Positions 13,238-24,660 of a stretch of 64,000 nucleotides of DNA are shown here, one piece after another. Each line of letters begins with the position of its first letter. Position 1 is the first letter of the stretch. Origin of the DNA: the human T2T-CHM13v2.0 reference genome, Homo sapiens; assembly GCF_009914755.1 (NCBI RefSeq), contig NC_060942.1. One strand, written 5' to 3'. The notes under the pieces are model-generated. The model did not search any database. It worked only from the letters and a program-made list of their open reading frames with translations, and was not told the DNA's origin. A program made the translations under genes and the position numbers.

Positions 13238-14806
13238 TGTTTTATTTAGTACTTAAAATATTCCTATGAAGTAGTTCTCAGCATGTATTAAGTGAAAAGA
13301 AGCAAGGTGGAGAGAAGTATGGATCATATCTTAGAAGAGGAGGAGAAATAAATATTTGTTTATATTTTAAAAGTTTGCTTATACTGAAAAAATTGAAAGA
13401 TAAACCAAAAACTGAAACAATGGGAGCACAGGGAATAGGGTGGAGAAGGCTGAGATAAAAGCTGGCTTTTTCTGAATACACCTTGACTGCACCCCACACT
13501 TTAATTTTAAAAAACACGCAACCCTTAAAAATCTAAAGCAAAGTACAGAAAGTGAATGGGCTCATTGGGAGAATCAAGCCAGCAGTGTGCCCATACAGAA
13601 AGGGATGACTTCAATGAGTCCGAAACACCAAATCCAAATGGACATCCTTACAAAATACAACCTAAACACAAGAAGAACTATTACAAAATTAAAACGTTTT
13701 TGGTTATCACATCATTGGTGGTAATGCCGCAATCATTATTCCCCTAGTGTTTTCTGTATTTTTTTAGATAAAGCAAATGAGTAAATATATTGGTTTGAGA
13801 TGGGTGCCAGAATTTTTTGCAACAAAAAAGGTGATGCAGAGGTATTATTGGAAAAGTTTTTAAAAGCCTGAGAACCTGAATTTGTGTTGGAAGTATCAGT
13901 ATGAAGTTAACCAAATTGAAAGGAGAATATTCCTAAGTAAAAAAGAAAAAAGGAGAGGGGAAACCTATGGTCAAAAGAGAAGTAATAAACATGTAAGCCA
14001 ATTATCTATACACGGATTTTCTTGCTTTGTCCATTGAGAAAGCCTTTGAAACAAGAACCAACTTCAAAGCAATGAGCACTGGAAAACAATGTAATGATAG
14101 CCTCTAAATGCACCTTCCATCAATAAGAGCATGGATCATTGGTGATACAGCTGATTCCAAGTGTGGGATGGGAAGTGTTTAACATCAGCCTGGAACTCTT
14201 CTCATTCCAAAAGACAGGCAGTTATCAAAGACCACTGGTGTTATGTCAAAGGGAGTCAAGAGGCAGCTTGCAGAAGCTCCCAGTGGCCAAAAATAGAACA
14301 ATTTCAATATCAATAAGAAAAATAATTACAATGGATTGAAACAAATGGCATATGTTTAAACCTATGAAACGAACCCACTGGTCACTTTCAGAGAATGCTA
14401 ACACCAACACATTAGTTTTGAAAACAGGTAAATAAAAGGAAAGAATTAAGTATTTAGCCTACCTTTCCTGTACAGACTGTCTCTCTGAGATACCAAATAG
14501 TAGATGAGGAGACATTTCTCTTTACAGAAAAAATTATCAAGCTAATAAATGAAGAAGGAATGGTAGAATTAGAATACCATTTTCTTGCAATCCCTAATTA
14601 AATAATAAATGTAGCTATTGCTCATCAAATGCTACTACCATAAGAAAAAAGAAGATAATTGAATATTGCCTTCTTTGTGGTGGAAGTCACAAAAAATAGA
14701 ACTTGAATCCACACAAGCCTCTATATTTTATTACCAATTTATAGCAAATATAGGACCAGAGAAAGATACAAAATGACATCATAGGGATGCAATAGGCCAC
14801 AACTTG

Positions 14807-15366
14807 TGTATTAAGCATGTATTTTTCTATTCTGATGGTTTGATACCCGGGGCCTTACTGACCAAGAGGGATTGCCTGTTCCAGGGCCACACAGTTCCTA
14901 GAGATAATAAACCACCTGTTCTCAAGCATGCATCATGCATTTCGTATGCAAAGCAACAATCCAAAGCCATACCTACCTCCTCCCACAACACGCCTACAAC
15001 CCCTGTTGAGCTTTTACACTCCAGACCAATACTCTCCTGCCCTAATAACCCCAAGCCCAGATACCAGACCACCGGAGACAGTCCTTATACTGCAGGACCC
15101 GGTGAAATTATTCCAATTATCTGACTCTAAATTTGTTTACCCTATCTTGCCTTTCCCATGGAAACCACAGTAAAAACTCTTGCCCCGTTTTCTTCACACT
15201 GTCTGCCTTCTGACTGACCCTGACACTTCCCTATAAGCCCCTCAGTGGCATTGTGTGGCCACTTCCTCTTGGGAACTGTGAGTAACAGACTATCTTCAAA
15301 ACCCATCCTCTCCTGATCTGTTGCCTAACCATCCCTGAATAATAATATCACCTGCATTTTTAAATC
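14807..15366 (+). mobile_element. MER74A-like ERVL solo LTR
   Basis: TGTATTAAGCATG start; TTCCTAGAGATA; CCTCTTGGGAACTGTGAGTAACA; CTCCTGATCTGTTG near the 3' end. Confidence 0.8.
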
Positions 15367-15569
15367 CCCTGGGCTCTTGCTGACCAAGGAAGACTGCCTG
15401 TCTCAGGACTACCCAATTCCTAGAGATCATAAGCAACTCTTGACTGACTGTGGGAAACTCTACAAGACAAACAACAAATTGCAAGGGAATTTACCTCAAT
15501 AAAAAGGAAGAAATAGCAAGGTGATAGAATGAGAGGGAGGGAGAATCTGTGATTAAAAGAGCCATGCAA

Positions 15570-15857
15570 AGCCGGGCATGGTGGTTCACCCAACCATATA
15601 ATCCCAACACTTTGGGAGGCAGAGGTGGGAGGATCGCTTGAGTCCAGTTCAAGGCCAGCCTGGGCAACATAGTGAGACTTCGTCCCTATAAATAATTTTT
15701 AAATAATTAGCCAGGCATGGTTGCACACATCTGTGGTCCCAGCTACTTGGGAGGCTGATGTGAGAGGATTACTTGAGCCCAGAAGGTCAAGCTTACAGTG
15801 ACCCATGATTGTACCACCTGCACTCCAGCCTGGGTGACAGAGCAAGACCCTGTCTCA
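15570..15857 (+). mobile_element. AluJ lacking a poly(A) tail
   Basis: GGAGGATCGCTTGAG J-type dimer ending GACCCTGTCTCA with no A-tail. Confidence 0.9.
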
Positions 15858-16335
15858 GTCATAGTAAGAAACATATTGGCCAGTTGCAATGTAGAGACTT
15901 TATTTTACTGCTGATTTGAACCAACTATTAAAACTATTATGACACTGTTGGGGAAATTTGAACACTGACTTGATAGCTTATATTTGATATTATGGAATTA
16001 CTAATCATTTTTTTAGGTGTGACAAAGGCACTGTGGTTACAGTTTTTAAAAACAGACCTTATCTTTTAGAGGTTCCAACTAAAATAATTATTAATTAAAT
16101 GACACGATACCTGTAATTTACTTTGCAATAATCTGGGGTTGGGAGATGAGTTAAAGTGGAGAAAAGATAAGATGGGCTGAAAGTAATAGGTGTTAAACCA
16201 GGGTTATGAATACACAGGTGCTTACGATATATACTATTATATATACTATTCTGATGAATTTTTTAGATTTCTGAAAATTTTCATAACAAAAAATAAAAAC
16301 AAAATCAGAAACTTCTTTGAAGATTGTGTTACCTG

Positions 16336-16450
16336 CCCCAATTTTTTAGAAAAGATAAGTGAACTCAGAATGACTACCGAATCTGCCCAACTGCTAGGAA
16401 GTGGTGGAGCCAGAATTCAAATCCAGGTATGTCTGACCACCCAAACTCCT
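16336..16450 (-). mobile_element. MIR fragment
   Basis: GCTAGGAAGTGGTGGAGCCAGAATTCAAATCCAGGTATGTCTGAC. Confidence 0.6.
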
Positions 16451-18329
16451 TGCATCATGAAGTCAAAAGGGAGGCCACCTCTGGAGGCTGTTCCTCTGGG
16501 CTTGTTGACAAGAGATAATTGCATCTTCTTTATTCCCAGAAGGCACTAGACAGGAGCAAGGTGAACCTTTGGGCTTGTTGCAACCACAACCTAAGCAACA
16601 GAGACTTCCCTGATGGGTTTCAAACTCCCCGTAAACACCCAATGCTGCCCTGCAGAAAGCACACCGGGAAGTATACATACAAATGAACCCTGATACCTTG
16701 AGCATGCACAGACGTGCTCCAAGATATTTTCGAAACTTTCTCTTTTCTAGTAGCTTTGAGCGAAACCTAACTTTTAACTTTCAGCTTATGAACCACATAA
16801 AATCGCACCATTTTTGCCTGCATTTTGGATTCCAAATACCACATCTTGGCCTGACCGCACACCCGCCTCTCCTTATTCATCAGACTTTCCCCTAAATGGC
16901 TTTTCACTGCTTGCAAAAAACTCAAATCTAATATTAATAATAGCCGAAATAAAAAACCCACAATGCCTTCCACTTATTTAGGGCTAGGAATTGCATGAAG
17001 CACTTTAGAAATACTATCCCCTTTAATCCTCAGAATAACCCTTCAAAGGATGAAGATTTGCCAGTATTGAGACTGTTCAAAGAGAGAGCTCTGGGAAAGG
17101 GATTAAGGTGGTCCCAAGATTTGAATTAACCTTAGCCTTGACAAAAGATTTAGTAGCCTGGACACTAAGAGTCTTCGAACAATTTACAAACCAATTCTTT
17201 AAGTATCACTTTGTCCTGTCATCTGTGACTTTTGAGAGCATCGTCAAAGAGAAAGACTAGGAAATATAAACAATCTGTTCTTTCCAATCTGCTCCCCAAC
17301 AATGATCAAGGGGCAGCCAATAATTATTTTCTTTTTCTGAATCCTCCATTTTTCACGGAGGATTGCATAGAATTTGTTTAGTATCTCACAGTATCTAAAA
17401 TGACTTAGGAAAGCCAATATACTCAGAGCGTGCAAGCCCTTCCTGAATTTGTCTTTTGGATTTCTTCTGCATGGAACAGAATTGTGAAGACATGAAGATG
17501 CAATTCTTTATATCTCCTAATTTATCTTCTTTTCTCCTAATTTTTCTTCCCCTCAGCTCTCATATCAGGCCCGCTTATGGTGTTTGCCACTAATTTTAAC
17601 TCCAACATCAAATTTCCACCTGAACATATGGACTATAAACATCTCAGCAGCCACAGGGCAGAGTGAGCACTGCTCTCTGCTACAAGAATTTCACCTTCTG
17701 CAGAGTAAATTTAGAAAGTGATCAAAATCTTGAAAGGGTTAGGGAGTGCTCAGATTCAATTTCCTCATTATAGTCTTTAAACTGCTTCCTAGTTCTGGTG
17801 CATTAAATCCTGGGTCTGGAGAAAAATATTTGCCTCCATTGTGAGTTTCAGAAAGAAATACAGATTTGGGCTACATATTGCTGTTTTGGGGCCAGTGCTT
17901 TATTTCTTCCTTTTAGTCAATAAGACAGGAACTATGATCTTAAATGGTTTTAACCCTTCCACTTAATCATTTTTCATTCCCGATTGGACCTCAGTGATGG
18001 CAGCACTAGGTGTCACATTCCTAAGACCCTAATCCCCTCTCACTTACATTCCCACTTCAAAAATTACAGGCATAAGCAAATCTTTGAAAAATAACATTTT
18101 TTGTTTGTTTGATGTATAAGTGCTGTTCTAAATAATTCATTAAATAGATATATTAGAGGTTTATTTTCCTTACCTGTAAATGCCACCATTTCTCCTTTAA
18201 AACTCATTGTCTCCATGTTTTCTGATTAATTCATCCCCTCTTGACCCCTTCTTTGGTCTCCACACTTTAAGTACAAATGTGTCATTTAGCCTCAATCAGT
18301 TACTTTTGAGTTGCTTTTGCATACATTTA

Positions 18330-18460
18330 TTGCTTCTGTTCAAAGTCATCTTGTTAACTAGATTAGAAACAGTCCAAGGGCAGGAATCGTTTTGCCCATT
18401 ATTTTATCTTCTAGTGTAGGGCTTGGCTCTCAGGAGGCACTCAACAAATGCATAGTGACT
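18330..18460 (+). mobile_element. L2 3' end fragment
   Basis: ACTAGATT...CCAAGGGCAGGAA...TGGCTCTCAGGAGGCACTCAACAAATG is the L2 terminus pattern. Confidence 0.6.
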
Positions 18461-19487
18461 AGTTAACTCACCGCAATTAATTATTGTGGCCAATATCAAA
18501 AGTATTCAGATGGTCATTTAATAATGATCACCTACAGTAATGATAATACTTATAATAGCATTTCTTTAAGTTCTGGTCGCTGCTAACTTCTTCCAGGCAA
18601 CACTTATGAATTTTGCATAAGGTTGCTGTCGTCTTGACATTACTGCTTTCTGAGATTTATCATCTTGCAAATCGTTTGTCACTGAAACAATGTGGAAGAT
18701 AAAAGTAATTTCAATAATATGTTGAAAATGTATACTGTAGAAATGTTAATACGAACATCCTGTAAAATGAGGAGAGACATGTTTCATAATCATCCAAAGC
18801 TGGTAACAAGATCTGATATAGAAAGAAGTACCATCAGGCCCTGTACAAGGAAATATTTAAGTTATAATGAGCCAATTTTGGGAAGTCCCAGTGGAAGATT
18901 AACTGGGGCACAAGCAGGACAGAGTCCCGCCTGGCCTCTCTTTCTCAGATTCTCTGGGGAGACTGGGTTATGACTAGTCTCCAGCAAAGAATAACTCTGC
19001 TTCAACCAGGCCCCTTGCTACATATTAATCTCTTCGAACAAGTGAGACACATTCAATTCCTGGGCCTAGAAATTTAGGATGGTGGAGAGGAACATGACCC
19101 TGCTCAGGTGCTCACTACAGCAGAAGCACAGTCTTATCTTCTTGTGTAGGGCTTGGCTCTCAGGAGGCACTCAATAAATGCCAAATGAATGAATCATTCA
19201 TTCAACACAGGTACACATCACACCCTTCAGTATCACACAGGCTAGTGGCAGAGATGGCCACAAACACATCACAGTGCCACAGAACACACACCAAAATGGA
19301 GGCCTTGGATAATCACCTCCATTGACAGCACCTCCAGCCATGGCTCCTGGCTAAACCCCCTAAATCGAGCTGGAGGCTTTAAAAATGCTTTAGTATGAAG
19401 CATTTATTTCTCACACAAATTGGAGATTTATTTCCCACTACCTCCCCCTTCCACCAAAAAAAAATTGGAGATAAAATCCCGTAATAA

Positions 19488-19770
19488 AGCATTGCCCAAA
19501 GTGTATTTCATGGACCACTAATTCTGCAGGATGATAATGGCTGTTACCTGAAGGACAAAAAAAAAAAAAGAAAGGGAGATAATTCCTAGTCACTGAAATC
19601 TGGAAACCGCTCATTTAATTAGTGTAGAATTTCTTAGATCCCTTAAAATGTTAATGTGCATTATGAATCACGAGGAGGAGAACAATACACCGTATCTCCT
19701 AGAGTTAGCTAAATGCAAATTTCTTTTTTCCCTGAACATTTATGTCACTGTGCATACTTGAGAAATATTG
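19488..19770. mobile_element. MER103C-like hAT-Charlie MITE
   Basis: CCCAAAGTGTATTTCATGGACCACTA ... ATGTTAATGTGCATTATGAATC; ends next to TTCTAGAG. Confidence 0.55.
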
Positions 19771-20214
19771 TTCTAGAGCTTTCTCAAGACTCATTCACCT
19801 CCATATCCTCTTCTACGAGGAAAACAGCAGGCTTCAAACAAGCATGGAATAGAGTGAATAATAAATATGTTTGTTGATCTGAATGATCAAACACTAAAGT
19901 CCCACAGAAGAGTGTAAATTCATTTCAAAGACCAAAACCTGATGGTTGATGGACTTTTTAAAATGATTTCTTCCCAGTTCAAATACTTGTAACCAAACTA
20001 TTTTTCCCAGCTCCTGGGACCAGACTCTGTCTCCTGCCCTTAGGGTGCCCTACTTTAGGTTTACAAATTGGAACACAAGCTTGGTTTCCTGTTTCTCCAG
20101 CAGGATTTGGAAAATATGTTGATGCAGCTTTAAAAGCATACAAGAAGGCTCAGAAGCTTGGTAGACTCTCTTTGGGTAGATTCAAGCAGCTTCTGGAAAA
20201 CTGGGGGCTGTAGA

Positions 20215-20396
20215 TGTTGGTTCTCAACTCTGGTTGCGTATAGAATCACCTGGCGAGCTTTAAAAAAGCAAACCAATATCCAGGCCTCACCCCAGGAGAA
20301 CTAAATCAGATCTCTAAGGGTGAGACATGAGGACTGTTATTTTTTTAAAAGCTCCCTAGATGTTTCTAATGTATACCCAGGATTGGGAAGCCCTGC
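20215..20396. mobile_element. MER5-family hAT MITE
   Basis: GGTTCTCAACTCTGG...AGAATCACCTGG...AAAAGCTCCCTAGATGTTTCTAATG. Confidence 0.75.
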
Positions 20397-20508
20397 CCCA
20401 CGAAGTCCAGCTGTAGGTCACAACAGCCAGCTGCCACCATGCCATCATTTTCAGGACTTCTTCATTTTTTTTAAATCCAGTTTTGGCACCTTTCTCTTGC
20501 AAGGACCT

Positions 20509-20919
20509 TGTGTCAGTCCATTTTGCCTTGCTATAAAGGGAATACATGAGACTGGGTAATTTATAAAGAAAAGAGGTTTATTTGGCTCATGGTTTTGCAG
20601 GCTGTACGAGCATGGTGCCAGCGTCTGCTAGGCTTCTGGTGAGGCCTCAGGAAGCTGTTACTCATGGTGGGAAGGCAAAGGGGGAGCAGGAGTGTCATGT
20701 GGTGAGAGAGAGAGAGGAAGGGGTGCCACATTCTTTTACATAACCAGCTCTCGTGTGAACTAGTGGAGTGAGAATCCACTCATTACTGGGAGGACAGCAA
20801 CAAGCCATTCATGAAGGTTCCACCCCATGACCCAAACACCGCCCACTAGGCCGACCTCCAACATTGGAGGTCATGTTTCAACATGAAATTTGGAGGAGAC
20901 AAGCATCCAAACCATACCA
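20509..20919 (-). mobile_element. MSTB-like MaLR solo LTR
   Basis: GAGACTGGGTAATTTATAAAGAAAAGAGGTTTATTTGGCTCATGG; TSD GACCT/GACTT. Confidence 0.85.
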
Positions 20920-23309
20920 GACTTGTTCATTCTTCGGAGAACTTGCAAGGTGTGATTAGAGATCCCAAAGACTCCAGAAAACACTTCACATTGTCATATC
21001 CCCCAAAACTAACTGTCCCCTGCTGCCATCTTAAATACATGACATAAAATAGGAAAAAAGAAGACCAGCTGCACCTTGAGATAAACCCAAAATAACACAG
21101 TCCTTCTGCCTAGTTATGGCCCTCAAGAAAAACTTGAGCAGGTCCTATAAACCTTAGTTTTGTTAAAAAAAAATTTTGTTTGTTTGTTTGTTTTACCCTC
21201 ACCCTTAACTGCTTGAGCCGACTAAACTATTTTACCAAAGAGCCACATTTACCACATGTGCTGTTAAACCAGGACAAGTCTTCTGGTTTCTAAAATGAAT
21301 CTCACACAAGAATAAAGTTTTACCATCACTGCCTTTTTTTTTTTTTCTTTCCTAACTGTAGTTTTCTGGAGTTGTTTCTATTTTCATTTCTAGATCAAGT
21401 CTGGTTCCATTTCTGGTTTGAGGAAGGGCAGTAATTAATTCCCTATTAATGGCTGAAAGACATTAACAGGGGCAATGGGGCAAGTAACAGAAGGGGTTTA
21501 CCCATCTTTTTTGTTTGTTTCTTTGGGTGGGGAGTCTGACATCTTTTGTTGTTGAAATGTTAGTACAAACATTCTACAAATTGAAGAGACATGTTTTAGA
21601 AATAGTCTAAGCTGGCAACAAGATTTGATATGGAAAGAACCATCAGGCCATGTACAAGTATGTACCTAACTTACAGTAAACTAATCTTCATGAGCTTCAG
21701 TTGAAATTAACTGGGGCAAAAGCCTTGGCTATCTTCTCCCTCTCAGATTCTCTGGAAACTGTGCTGATGGCTACTTACCAGCAAAGCAAACTTTTCTTCT
21801 ATGAGCTTCCATCACTCAAGAAACTTTCCTGCGCCTACTGAAAAGGCAAACAGCCTTTTGAGATCTGGAAAGGCTGGATCCATGAGTTTTGTATTCTGTG
21901 TTTATTTTTTACCTCCAGCTGAAGTTAGAAAAGTCATGAAGCTACTAGTTCTTTTCCTGTGTGAAAAAAAGAATTGCTTTCTCTTCTGGCAAAATGAAAG
22001 TGATTAACCTCCCTTTATATAGTTTGTTTACTACATTTTGTATTTGTGGCTACCCCTCCCTTCTCTTCTCCCACCTCTCCTTTTCTTTTTCTCTCTCCTC
22101 ATCTCTCAAAAAACTTTCAGTGATTAGTGGGTTATAAAGCTCTTTTATTTTGTGTGTGGTCTGTGGCTAACTGGTTCAGTCAGATCTAACATCAAAGAGG
22201 AGAAAATGAGCTACTTACATGATAAAGTTGCTTATGTTTAGCAGAAGACTTGTCTCGATTGGCATAGAGAACCAAAGAAACAATTACCAATTTCAAATAA
22301 TAATTTTAAAGGTTTAAAATAAGTGTAAAATTAATTGCAGAAAGAATGTGGAAAATCAAATTTAATGCTTTCAATATGAAAGTTCTTTAAGAAAAAACTG
22401 CAAAAGCTTGCTAAATCTATACTTCAGAGGAACAAAAAAGTTTAACTCTTAGATAAATTAGTGGCTTTGGTTATAGGTTACAAGATAAAAAACAAAGGAA
22501 TGCTAAGGGACGGAAACACAATTTAAAGAGTTTTTAATATTTGGTTTGTAAATCTAGAGGTGTATAAAGTATAAATCTATCTAAAAGTTTAAAATATAGT
22601 CTTGTGTCAGGTAAAAATTTTCATTCAAAATGATTATATTCTACTTGTTTTTTCATCACAATACAAAAAATAATACTCTAGCTTATACTAAACTTGGATT
22701 TATTTTCTCAAGGAAAGCCTAATTAATCTGAATGCTTTAACGTTTTATGAGTCAAGAAAGTTATAGTTATTACAAAAATGTAAAATTATTTGTCCAACTA
22801 AAAAATTTATACTAACTTATGTTCAAAAGGGTTTATTCTTATTAAAATTTATAATTCTAAATATCATATATATATCTGTATATATACATAGCAACATAGA
22901 AAATCCCTGCTTTTTAATTGAAATTCACATAAGAATAATCATTTTAAAGTATATAATTCAATAGCATTTAGTACATTCACAATGTTGTACAACTACCACC
23001 TCTATACCTAGTTTCAAAACTAGATGTGGTTTTCATCACCCCCAGAAAACCTCGTATACATTAAACAGCCACTCCCTAATCCTCCCTACCCCCAGCCACT
23101 GGCAACCACCAGTCTTCTGTCTCTATGGACTTTTCCGTTCTGGGTATTTCTGATAAATGGAATCATACAATATGTGGCCTTTTGTGTCTGGCTTCCTTTA
23201 CTTAACATAATGTTTTTGAGGTTCATCCATGCTGTAGTGTATTTCAGTATTTCATTCTTTTTTATGACTGAATAATATTGCATTGTATGTATATACCACA
23301 TTTTGTTTT

Positions 23310-23468
23310 TGTTTCCTTTTTCTTTTTCTTTTTTAATTTTTCTTAATTTTATGAAGCAGGTTCTCACTGTGTTGCCCAGGCTGGTCTCAAATTCCTGACC
23401 TCATGCAATCCTCCTCCTCAGCCTCCTGAATAGCTGGAATTATTGGCTTATGCCACCACATCTGGCTA
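23310..23468 (-). mobile_element. FLAM (free left Alu monomer)
   Basis: Single Alu monomer with a T-rich tail; TSD ACCACATTTTGTTT on both sides. Confidence 0.85.
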
Positions 23469-24336
23469 GACCACATTTTGTTTATTCATTCATCCATTGA
23501 TAAACATTCAGGTGGTTTCTACCTTTTGGCTATTGTGAATAGTGCTGCTATGAACATTCATGTACAAGTATTTGTTTGAGTACTTCTGTTCAATTCTTTT
23601 GAGTATATACCCAGGAGTAGAATTGCTGGATCATATAGTAATTTTATGTTTAACTTTTTCAGAAACCACAAAATTGTTTTCCACAATGGCTGCACCATTT
23701 TACATTCTCACCAGCAGTGTGCAAGGATTCCAATTTCTCTGCATCCTGGCCAATATTTATTATTTTATGTTTTTTTTCTTTTACTTAGCTATTGTAGTGA
23801 CTGTAAGGTCATATCTCATTGTGGTTTTGATTTGTACTTTGCTAATAACCAATGTTGTTGAGCATCTTTTCATGTGTATTTTGGCCATTTGCATATATTT
23901 GGAGAAGTCTATTTCAAGTTCTTTGCCCATTTTAAAATTGGGTTTTTTGTCTTTTTGCTGTTGAGTTGTAAAAGTTCTTTATTCTGGACACTAGGCCCAT
24001 AACAGATATACGATTGCAAATATTTTCTCCCATTCTACAGGTTATCTTTTCACTTTCTTGATGATGTCTTTTGACATTCAAAAGTTTTCAATTTTGGTGA
24101 AGTGCAATGTGTTTTTTTCTTTTGTTGCTGTGCTTTTGGTGTCATATCTAAGAATCCATTACTAAATTCAGAATCCTAAATATTTATTCCTAAGTTTTCT
24201 TTTAAGAGTTTTACAGTTTAGCTTTTGTATTTAGGTTGTTGATCAATTTTGAGTTCATTTTTGCATATGGTGTGAGGTAAGAGTCCAACTTAATTCTTTT
24301 ACATGTGGATACCAGTTGTCCCATGTCCATTTGTTT

Positions 24337-24660
24337 TATTGTTTTGGTTTTGGTTTTGGTTTGGTTTGGTTTCTTTTTTGAGGCAGGGTCTCACTCTATC
24401 ATGCAGGTTGGAGTGCAGTGGTCTCACTCATGATCTCAGCTCACAGCAGCCTCCACCTCCCAGGTTCAAGCGATTCTCCCACTTCAGCTCTCCAGTAGCT
24501 GGGACTACAAGCACGTGCTGCCACACCTGGCTAATTTTTCTGTAGAGACAAGGTTTCACTATGTTGCACAGGCTGGTCTCAAACTCCCGAACTCAAGCCA
24601 TCCACCTGACTCAGCTTCCCAAAGGACTGGGATTACAGGCATTAGCCACTACAGCCAGCC
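24337..24660 (-). mobile_element. AluJ-like with a (TTTTGG)n-type tail
   Basis: Reverse-complement Alu dimer with a shortened central linker. Confidence 0.9.

Larger units (their letters stand above)
13270..16303 (+). mobile_element. L1MC-type (L1MC4-like) 3' UTR, interrupted by MER74 and an Alu
   Basis: AATGAAGAAGGAATGGTAGAATTAGAATACCAT and ACTGTGGGAAACTCTAC segments, colinear across the two insertions, ending in an A-rich tail near 16300. Confidence 0.65.
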
